Source of the DNA: Epithemia pelagica
Taxonomy: Eukaryota; Protista; Bacillariophyta
Assembly: GCA_946965045.2 (NCBI GenBank)
Contig: OX337237.1
Location: 2,480,001-2,544,000, forward strand
Direction of reading: 5' to 3'
Length of the DNA: 64,000 nt
The notes beneath the pieces were generated by a model. The model did no database searches and had not been told where the DNA came from. It was given only the letters and a program-made list of their open reading frames with translations. The position numbers and the translations under genes were made by a program. Numbering within the stretch: the first letter of the stretch is position 1; every line of letters begins with the position of its first letter. Shown here piece after piece: positions 1 to 9,210 of this stretch.

Positions 1-356
1 ATTTTGATACCAACAAAGATGAGTATGTACAAAAGGGTGCATACACAGAACAATTCTGTGATCACGGCGCACATTCATATTCACTTCTCATAACAACAGA
101 AGACCATTCGATAACGTACTTTGAAGAGATGCCATAACAGATCCCATTGTCGTCAGTAACCGAGTCAAAATGGAAGAAAGGTGAATGTTTCGAAGAAAAG
201 CTGGCCGGCAAGTGCATGACAAATGCCAAAGCCACGAGTGTTCGGAAGAGCTCTCTAGGCTCGTACACCCTCTAAACATCTCTCCATCCTAATCCCATTG
301 TTTTGCTAGTTGTTTATCTCTACGATGAATCATTTATCCTATATCAACATTCCATC

Positions 357-1031
357 TTAGTTTGTGGATGGTTTCTTGCGTTCGATCCATTCTGCGACAG
401 CCGGAATGGCGATGAATGTTTTGTACAAGGCGGATAAGTGCGGGTACGAGGATGTCAATGTTTCTTCCCTAAAGTGACCCAACTGGATGTGATCGTACAG
501 AATACTGAACATGGCCGTATCTCCCCACAAGGGAGAGCCAGATGGACTGGTGCTCAAATATGCTTGATCTTTGTCTGTTGTCTTGTACTTTTTGTACAGG
601 GCCTCAAACTTGGTTAGTAGCTCCGGCACAGTCTTGGAGATATATTCTGCCTTTTGGTCTTCTGTGCTTGCGAAAGACTTTTCGACCCAGATATTGCGGA
701 ATCCCTGGTATTCATCGGCAATGACATCTTGGACGTAATCCTTCCATGAATCTCCCGAATCCAACTTGTTTATACGGGCAAAGTACCGAGCCATGGAAAT
801 GTGCTGGCTCAAATGATGGCCATCCTTTGTATATGCAACTGGAACTGTCCCACATGGATTCTCACCAGACTCCACAAGTCGTTTCTTTTCGACACCCCAT
901 ACGGAATCACTGTAGTTGTACAAATCTTCTTCGTAAGGAATTCCATTTGCGAGCAAAAAGAAGCGTAGAGTTCCTCCCCGGCCACCGATGTGACCCAAAT
1001 CAAGGTACTTGAATGATACAGATGATGTCAT
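357..1031 (-). CDS. Glutathione S-transferase (cytosolic, sigma-like)
   Basis: 224-aa ORF. N-terminal thioredoxin-like GST domain (FKYLDLG..GGTLRFFLLANGIPYEE, NPCGTVPV, LSQHISMARYFA) and C-terminal helical domain (LWGDTAMF, YPHLSALY..PAVAEW). Confidence 0.85.
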   Translation of the reverse strand: MTSSVSFKYLDLGHIGGRGGTLRFFLLANGIPYEEDLYNYSDSVWGVEKKRLVESGENPCGTVPVAYTKDGHHLSQHISMARYFARINKLDSGDSWKDYVQDVIADEYQGFRNIWVEKSFASTEDQKAEYISKTVPELLTKFEALYKKYKTTDKDQAYLSTSPSGSPLWGDTAMFSILYDHIQLGHFREETLTSSYPHLSALYKTFIAIPAVAEWIERKKPSTN

Positions 1032-1642
1032 TATGATGATGAATCAGAGTACATAAGTAAACTAGGCAATACCACTGGGCTTGCTACAGAGTTGATCAGT
1101 CCTCTGCAGCAAGTTGGACGAACAAGTTGCTTTGGCAAAGTTGTTCTGATGATATTATAAGGTTGTTTATTCTAGAACTTTGCTTTTCCAAGGTCGTCTA
1201 TTCATTCGTTCCTTGTCTGGTTCATTTCATCCATGACTTGACGTAAATCATAGGAACATTAGACTCCCGCATGGTTATGTTAGGAAATCCGTGGGAGGGT
1301 AGTTTTCCCACGGGTTAGTTCGTTGGCGGTCAGACCTCTCCGAGATCTTCCCGTCCTTGTTAACTCTGACTCTCCCTCTAGATCGAATGAGAGGGGTAGC
1401 GAAGAAAGATACGGATGGTGTGAAGGGCAGACGTCGTGTCACCAACCTTGATTCAACTTGCGAAGGCGTTCGAACACTTCGTGGCTCAGTCCCTTTGTCA
1501 AATAATCCGCGCGCATCACAGTTGTATCACATTTTTCCACAGTGGCGGATTTGTTATTGATCATCTCCCAGAAGAAATGGAACTTGCAGTTCAGGCTCCG
1601 CGATCGGTTGCTCACCTTTTGACTGTTTGCCAGAAGATAATT

Positions 1643-3681
1643 CCAAATCAAAGTCCATACTGACTGTATTGTCAATGCTCTCTATTGTAATACAAAAATG
1701 AAGAATCACCGCAATGGTGCCTCGTTCCAAACCAACTCAATGCGTGACACGAAATACTGCGGATGACCCTTCGTCTTCGCTTCGTCTCGGTTGGCTTCGT
1801 TGTTGTGTGGGTGTTGCGCGTGGGCGTGGGTGTGGGTGTGGTTCTTCGGTGTGTGGTTTGAGACGCGACTCAATCGCTCTTCGAGGAGCTTCCAAGAGAT
1901 TCGATGAATGAATCGACGACCGACGGACGGATGAATCTTTCCCAACCAAACTTCAAATCATGGACACAATCCAACTTCCAACTCGGATAGTGTATGCGTC
2001 TGGAATCGTCTTGCGCGTTTGATTCGGCTTTGCACGCGAGGGGAATCTTCTATCCAGTATGTATTGGCCAGAAGATTTTTGGGGTCTACGTCCATCTTAC
2101 GTAGACCAGTACCAGAACCCTGGTCATTTTTGGTCAATTTGGTCGTTTCTGGTCAATTTTTAAGCTAGCTAGGCATGCTTGCATAGGACATAGCTACCAT
2201 AAATAAAGGATGTCACAAAGAAAGCCAGCTGAGCATCCAATTTCACATCGCCCCACCATTTTCCTAAGAGCCTTTTTGCCACGAAACAACAAAAAACAAA
2301 CAAGGCACATGCTCATCTAGGAATGGTGGCCTACCAAACAAACTCATAAAACAATCAAACAGATAAAATGGAGCCCATATACAAAGTGGATGATGCTGGA
2401 ATAGGCTTTCACCGGCTTTGGATTGCTCCAGCCTATGCAGACAAGGCCAGAGAGGCCTGTTTGTCCTTTGCACAGGAAAAGAACCTCTCATTGGATTCTC
2501 CTATGGTTTTTGTCACAAGGACCACTAGAGGAACTACAGAAGAGGCATCTACATTGGGAGAGTACCATTTTAGGTATGATGAGCTTAAAAAGTTCTGTTG
2601 GATTGTTGGGGATTGGCAATCTGCCTGTATTTTTGACAGATCCCATGGTGACGATGAGAGTGGTGTCGTTTCTTCTCCTTCTCGTGTTTGTCCCACTAAT
2701 CCTCTCCCAGCAAAACCAGAAACTATTGCCCAGTACATGCGTTGGAAGTCTGGTGCTGAGAAAACACCATTGATGTACCAGGGCCATTCTGTTTGCGACA
2801 CTAATGGACAGCAGTTGTATTGTGTGGGCCATTGGAAAGACCCTGGCAATATTGACAAGATGCTCGCAGCCCAATTGGTACCCTTCACAATGCATACCCA
2901 GATCTAATTGGGCCCTTTGTGGCAGACTGCCCTCAATGTGTACAAATGAATTCGCAAAGGAATGGTGAGGTAAATGGTTGGTTGTCCTGTCACGCGCACG
3001 CCGGTCGTCCATTGTTACGCCCTTTTGGTAATCCCTGCAACTCAATAATTGTAAGAAATGAGAAAAAGGATCTCAAGACCAAACTTGACTCGGAACACAT
3101 CAGAAGGGGCAATATCCGAATTCTTCCTGGTCATGTGAAAGGGTGGAGGCATATGTTATGGGATGGCAACCCATATACCTGCATGGTGTACACAATGGTA
3201 CTTGTGGGTTTGAGTCTGTTCTTGCGCGCAAGTGAGTTGCTTTCTCTTCGGGCTTGTGACTTCTATGAGAAAGGGCATATCATTTTGGAGGATGGTGTCA
3301 GTTCACTGGTTCTGAAAGTGAAGGGGAAGAATGATAACAAATGGATCTACTTCAAGTTGTACAGGAATGACGTATTGCCCTGGTTCTGTCCTGTACGACA
3401 CTTGCTCTACTATGTTGAGATGGCAAATCTTAAGTGTCCAGAGGGCTATTTGTTTTTTCCAAGGGGTGTTGTGGAGAAACTCCATGCCGGAGAATTAGAG
3501 CATTCTGAAGATATTGCCCCCATGAAATACAAGACTTGGCTAAGTGTATTGAAAGGGATTGTCCGGAAAAAGAATCCTGAGTTGTTCAACAGTGAGACTG
3601 CGACAGACTCGCCATTAGAGGTCCGCAGAAACAAGGACAGCAGACAGACTAATCCTTAACCTTAATGTAGCCAAAACTGTG
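1643..3681 (+). repeat. Left arm of a large inverted duplication. Reverse complement of 16582-15548, then 6519-5616, then 4646-4572.
   Basis: Direct comparison. ccaaatcaaagtccatac at 1643 = rc of 16582-16565. cccactaatCC at 2692-2702 = rc of 15548-15558. tctcccagcaaaacc from 2703 = rc from 6517 downward. actcgccattagagg...ccaaaactgtg at 3607-3681 = rc of 4646-4572. Small indels lie near the outer end. Confidence 0.95.
2368..3659 (+). pseudogene. Crypton-like tyrosine recombinase, internally deleted copy
   Basis: ORFs 2368-2907 and 2919-3659 match the minus-strand YR gene. An extra CC at 2871-2872 shifts the frame. A 969-nt deletion after NSETAT removes HTLRK and the downstream catalytic residues and joins onto the same C-terminus (SPLEVRRNKDSRQTNP*). 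Confidence 0.85.
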
Positions 3682-3894
3682 CACGGTTGCCAACCAGGCC
3701 GACTTGCCCAGACCAACTGCCACCCACATTGAAGAAAAATCCTGTCCTATCCCTCCTTTTCTCCACACCACAGCAATACACACCTCAACTTCTCATCAAC
3801 AACAGCAGCAGCACAAGCTTCACCAGCATCTGTATCAGCAGCAACAGCTTCACCAAAGCAATCCTTTCATTCCAATAACCACAACTTCTAGAGA

Positions 3895-4566
3895 GTAAGT
3901 GCTATGCCCAATCTGACACTTGGGTGACCTGGTCCATTCCAAGACGGTTCTGAATCATCCCTGGTCTTGCTTCTATCTCATTTTCATCAGAAGATACAGC
4001 CCTGGCAATTTGGGCCTTCTCCATCCTGCTCTTTTGGGAAGGCTGATACTGTTTGAAAGCTCTCATTGGAACCGTAAGTGCTACGCCCATTCTGACACTT
4101 GGGCAACCTGGACCATGCCAACACGATTATAAATCATCCCTGTTCGTCCTTTTCTCTCATTTCCATCAGAAGATACAGCCCTGGCAATTTGGGCCTTCTC
4201 CATCCTGCTCTTTTGGGAAGGCTGATACTGTTTGAAAGCTCTCATTGGAACCGTAAGTGCTACGCCCATTCTGACACTTGGGCAACCTGGACCATGCCAA
4301 CACGATTATAAATCATCCCTGTTCGTCCTTTTCTCTCATTTCCATCAGAAGATACAGCCCTGGCAATTTGGGCCTTCTCCATCCTGCTCTTTTGGGAAGG
4401 CTGATACTGTTTGAAAGCTCTCATTGGAACCGTAAGTGCTACGCCCATTCTGGCACTTGGGCAACCTGGACCATGCCAACACGATTATAAATCATCCCTG
4501 TTCGTCCTTTTCTCTCATTTCCATCAGAAGATACAGCCCTGGCAATTTGGGGCTTCTCCATCCTGT
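3895..4566. repeat. Tandem array of a 179-bp unit, about 3.7 copies
   Basis: Units start at 3902, 4081, 4260 and 4439 (ctacgcccattctgacacttggg...). The ORF track repeats identical peptides at 179-nt offsets. The leftmost unit is diverged in its first half. Confidence 0.97.
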
Positions 4567-4593
4567 CTTCCCACAGTTTTGGCTACATTAAGG

Positions 4594-6519
4594 TTAAGGA
4601 TTAGTCTGTCTGCTGTCCTTGTTTCTGCGGACCTCTAATGGCGAGTTGCACTGCCCATTTTGCTTGAACGAACCAGTGTGTGGCCCAATGAAAAAGGACT
4701 CTGGGTCAGAATTGTGACATTTGTCAATACATGACTGGAACCCTTGCCACACCTTCATCATTCTCTTCTTGTATTGTCTGTCCTTTTCACACAACTTCTT
4801 GTCATTGTACGTAGTCATCGTGCACAATAGCTCCCAGAGTACCTTCCTGATCGCTAGGGATTTCTTGTTTTTTTCAGTCGTGATCTGGTCTCCTATCCCC
4901 CCCCCAAATCTTCTTCGATGTGTGTTCGCTGCTTCTTACTGGGGCTCTCATCTTGGGTTTGACCATCATGGGCTGGGGTGTTGTCTTGATATGCTAGGTT
5001 GTCTTTCCTTCTAGTAGCTTCCTCACGACCATCAGCCAATGCCTCATCTCTCATTGCCACCATTAAGTCACGTATTTGCTCAACCTTATCTGTTGGTACA
5101 TACTCAGATAAGAAATCATCCAAAATTCTCATCTTTCCCCCATCGCCACGTAACTTCTTTGCTGACGACAACCCACTCAATCTAAGGTCCACGTCCACAA
5201 ATGCCAATGCCTTCCTAGCACTCTTGTCAGAAGGCAGCCCAAGATCATGCTTGATGAACCACAATGATTGCTCATACAAAGGGTACTGACGCGCTCGGTT
5301 GTGCATACTGACTGTCACAATTGAAGTTGGATCCGGCCCAATATAATTCATCTTCCATATACTGACTCTGTGTTCAGACAGTAGGTCACTCTGCTCTCTG
5401 TAGGACCAATAAAGCATTGTACTGTTTTGAATATACACTCTTGTGGCGCGCCGCCAGGGTGATGTCACTGTAGCAGACACTTGGGTATTTAGTGTTGACT
5501 TGCCCATTCTTGTCCACTGGATTCCTTGTAGCCTCCCTTTCTGGGGCTGTTAAATGATCCAGCACTCCCCAGACTGCGAATAAATAACCAAGCTTGCGAA
5601 GTGTGTGAGTACCAACTGTCGCAGTCTCACTGTTGAACAACTCAGGATTCTTTTTCCGGACAATCCCTTTCAATACACTTAGCCAAGTCTTGTATTTCAT
5701 GGGGGCAATATCTTCAGAATGCTCTAATTCTCCGGCATGGAGTTTCTCCACAACACCCCTTGGAAAAAACAAATAGCCCTCTGGACACTTAAGATTTGCC
5801 ATCTCAACATAGTAGAGCAAGTGTCGTACAGGACAGAACCAGGGCAATACGTCATTCCTGTACAACTTGAAGTAGATCCATTTGTTATCATTCTTCCCCT
5901 TCACTTTCAGAACCAGTGAACTGACACCATCCTCCAAAATGATATGCCCTTTCTCATAGAAGTCACAAGCCCGAAGAGAAAGCAACTCACTTGCGCGCAA
6001 GAACAGACTCAAACCCACAAGTACCATTGTGTACACCATGCAGGTATATGGGTTGCCATCCCATAACATATGCCTCCACCCTTTCACATGACCAGGAAGA
6101 ATTCGGATATTGCCCCTTCTGATGTGTTCCAAGTCAAGTTTGGTCTTGAGATCCTTTTTCTCATTTCTTACAATTATTGAGTTGCAGGGATTACCAAAAG
6201 GGCGTAACAATGGACGACCGGCGTGCGCGTGACAGGACAACCAACCATTTACCTCACCATTCCTTTGCGAATTCATTTGTACACATTGAGGGCAGTCTGC
6301 CACAAAGGGCCCAATTAGATCTGGGTATGCATTGTGAAGGGTACCAATTGCTGCGAGCATCTTGTCAATATTGCCAGGGTCTTTCCAATGGCCCACACAA
6401 TACAACTGCTGTCCATTAGTGTCGCAAACAGAATGGCCCTGGTACATCAATGGTGTTTTCTCAGCACCAGACTTCCAACGCATGTACTGGGCAATAGTTT
6501 CTGGTTTTGCTGGGAGAGG
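4594..6519 (-). pseudogene. Crypton-like tyrosine recombinase gene, 3' part (interrupted by the retrotransposon)
   Basis: YR motifs LFLRASELL (R), VKGKND (K), THTLRKLG (HxxR) and ARHKS (H), preceded by a CPQC...CHAH motif. The reading continues through ORFs 4893-5507 and 4594-4827 via two mutually compensating frameshifts (about 5430, and the C9 run at 4897-4905). No RT/RH of its own, hence Crypton-like. Confidence 0.75.
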
Positions 6520-6931
6520 TACTTCATCCTCATTTGTCACGACACGTGCACCAATCAATCCCATTCGTCCTTGTTCACATAATATAGTATTAAGATATTA
6601 CTTAACCAACACTGGGGGGGTTTAGGCCCCCCACCCATATCCCATTTCGGGGGGGATCCGGAATCGCGCCACGGTCGCAGATCTCCAGAATCTGCTATCC
6701 GTGTTGACTGCGTGCGAGTGTGTATCTAGGTTAGAGACCCCCCTCCATTTACTCACATAGTGAGCCCAAATCTTCGAAATCATCATCGCAAGAAATGGAT
6801 AGTCAGCATGTCAAGGTTGCCACACCTCGACATACCAACCAGGAGAGGAATCCCCATCCCATCAAACAGACAAGCTGACAGACACAAGCGACCTAGGCTG
6901 TCCCCGTAAGAGGTATAGCCGAGTCTTCTCC
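6518..6931 (-). repeat. Split direct repeat B2 (414 bp)
   Basis: Matches 7176-7589 at offset 658. I noticed one substitution (catttgtcac vs cattcgtcac). Confidence 0.95.
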
Positions 6932-6946
6932 GGGCGGGCGGGTGGG

Positions 6947-7177
6947 CGAAAGAAGAGAATCACAGAACCAATGGGTGATCAGATCCTTGGTGACCCGTTC
7001 AACCCTTCTTTCTGACGATTTATGAATCGTCCAAGTTTGTTTGTTGGGAGTAGTCGTTCTGACTATCCCAACAAACGTCGACGTAGCCTTGCAAACCTCT
7101 TGGGATCTTCTTTGGGTGCAATGTCCGTTCCTCGTTCGTCCGTCGGTCCCTTCTTGACCGGGGGCGGTACGATGCGG
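6947..7177 (-). repeat. Split direct repeat A2
   Basis: cgaaagaagagaatcacag...gatgcgg matches 15256-15549 apart from 2 substitutions and a 63-bp duplication present only in A1. Confidence 0.95.
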
Positions 7178-7589
7178 TACTTCATCCTCATTCGTCACGA
7201 CACGTGCACCAATCAATCCCATTCGTCCTTGTTCACATAATATAGTATTAAGATATTACTTAACCAACACTGGGGGGGTTTAGGCCCCCCACCCATATCC
7301 CATTTCGGGGGGGATCCGGAATCGCGCCACGGTCGCAGATCTCCAGAATCTGCTATCCGTGTTGACTGCGTGCGAGTGTGTATCTAGGTTAGAGACCCCC
7401 CTCCATTTACTCACATAGTGAGCCCAAATCTTCGAAATCATCATCGCAAGAAATGGATAGTCAGCATGTCAAGGTTGCCACACCTCGACATACCAACCAG
7501 GAGAGGAATCCCCATCCCATCAAACAGACAAGCTGACAGACACAAGCGACCTAGGCTGTCCCCGTAAGAGGTATAGCCGAGTCTTCTCC
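7176..7589 (-). repeat. Split direct repeat B1 (414 bp)
   Basis: ggtacttcatcctc...gagtcttctcc, a copy of 6518-6931. Confidence 0.95.
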
Positions 7590-7671
7590 CCGTGTGGTCG
7601 TTCCATCTTCGTTCCTCCTCTTTTCCCACTCATACTTCTTTCATTTGTTTTCCTGATCGCTGATCTCAAAG

Positions 7672-9210
7672 TTACAGAAGCTCGGAAAACCTGACCAACG
7701 CCTCCACTGAGGCTTTTGCGTCCGAGTATCTTTCCAACATGCTCATGGATGGAAGGACGCCTCTTCCCTTGATGTGTTTTCTCCAGCGGTTGTTCATCTC
7801 AATGACTTCTCTTGGAATTCTTCTGTTTTGTGCTTCCGTGGTGGCGCCGCGCCTGAAAGATCGCCGAACACTGTAGTCTTCTTCAATGCGGACTGACTCG
7901 CCAATCAACCCCGGGAAGCGATGCTGAACCCGCTTCCAAAGCGGATGAAAGAGCGAATCCAGATTTGTTATGCGAAACATCGGACCGCTCGTAATCCCCT
8001 GTTGGTGCAGGCAACGGATCGCCCTTTCCGTCCAAAGACGAACATCAATGCCAGAAGAAGTTCTGTCCGCCAAGGGGTGCATATAGATTCGGAAAGTGCC
8101 CGTGGTCTGCTTAAAACGGCCCGCCAAAGCAAGAGGCACATGTGGCTTGCGTGAATAATTCAAGCCCTCTTCCCAATATTTGCGCATCAGGCCCACGTCA
8201 ATCTGCGGTAATTCCTCGCCCCTCAACGCCGCAACGTATCCAACAACAACCATTGCCCCAGTCAACGCAAGTTCAACTCTTTGCTGACCCGTTGCTCCAT
8301 TCGTCCATTCGTCTTCCAGAATTGACAACGCCGCCTTGACCTCATCTACGGTCACGGCTTGATCTGGGATCCAAACATCCCCCATTCGGCGATGACACCC
8401 AGTCATAAAGCGACGAAACCAATGGGAGTTGGTTGTACTCGCGCTGAAAAACAGGCCACCTCTTTCTCCTTGTCCCACAGTCGCCAATCCGGTTCCTCCA
8501 GGAAGTGTATGGAAGAAGTTTGAGACCGCAGATCTCACTTTTCGGGCGGTTTCAAATTGGATATGAGTTGAGTTTCGTCCAGCACGCATTGTTTTCATCA
8601 ACATCATGCAAGCTACCTTCAACCCATTGTCTCCCCCTACTGGGAATGGACCCCGATTTGGCAACGGCGCGTCGAGTCCCATTGTTGCGCTTGTTTCCAT
8701 CAGACTCTTGATTTCCCTACGATTCTTCTCGACCGTTGTCCTTTCTCTTGCCCAAAAAGAATCCAGGATGGCCCGGCGGATACACAACAACAATAGCTTG
8801 TCTTCCTCTCTTGTCGTGGGATATCGTCCTTGCAAGTTATAAAAGCAACAACCGTCACATTCAAAGGCGACCATGAGATCATCGCCTGGTCGTGCTTCTT
8901 TGAAACGGTTCGCATCATCATCAAGCTCCCCGTGCCCTTCCAAATCGATCAAAGCATCATCCAAATCTGAAGCTTGCAGTACTGGGAACTTGTCTGTAGT
9001 ATGCTGTCGATAGCATCCGGCATGCCAAATACCCATGCATGTTTTACTCGTTCCCCTTGAATGCCCAAAGTTTGCGCAGCAAATCCCGCACAGCGGTTGG
9101 ACCGGATGCCCACATGCTTGACAGTTCCCCTTCCACTTCGTCCAATAAGCCTGTGGCACGCTTGACTTGCCATGGAGCTCTGTAAAGGAACGGACAAACA
9201 AAAGCAACAA
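7672..9210 (-). CDS. Retrotransposon ORF3, tyrosine recombinase
   Basis: Cys/His-rich N-terminus (CANFG...CMGIWHAGCY), then AALRGEELP (R), GRFKQ (K), RSFRRGATT (xxxR), NNRWRK (W) and LERYSD (Y). Overlaps the end of ORF2. The track's start codon is TTG. Confidence 0.88.
   Translation of the reverse strand: MLLLFVRSFTELHGKSSVPQAYWTKWKGNCQACGHPVQPLCGICCANFGHSRGTSKTCMGIWHAGCYRQHTTDKFPVLQASDLDDALIDLEGHGELDDDANRFKEARPGDDLMVAFECDGCCFYNLQGRYPTTREEDKLLLLCIRRAILDSFWARERTTVEKNRREIKSLMETSATMGLDAPLPNRGPFPVGGDNGLKVACMMLMKTMRAGRNSTHIQFETARKVRSAVSNFFHTLPGGTGLATVGQGERGGLFFSASTTNSHWFRRFMTGCHRRMGDVWIPDQAVTVDEVKAALSILEDEWTNGATGQQRVELALTGAMVVVGYVAALRGEELPQIDVGLMRKYWEEGLNYSRKPHVPLALAGRFKQTTGTFRIYMHPLADRTSSGIDVRLWTERAIRCLHQQGITSGPMFRITNLDSLFHPLWKRVQHRFPGLIGESVRIEEDYSVRRSFRRGATTEAQNRRIPREVIEMNNRWRKHIKGRGVLPSMSMLERYSDAKASVEALVRFSELL

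Noticed and set aside
3895-4566. CRISPR-like array or repeated small proteins
   Set aside because: Units are contiguous 179-bp copies with no unique spacers, there are no cas genes, and the context is eukaryotic. The ORFs are by-products of a period that is not a multiple of 3.
4586-4599. Telomere-like TTAAGG repeat (also ttagggttaagg near 34655)
   Set aside because: Only two units each, which is expected by chance.
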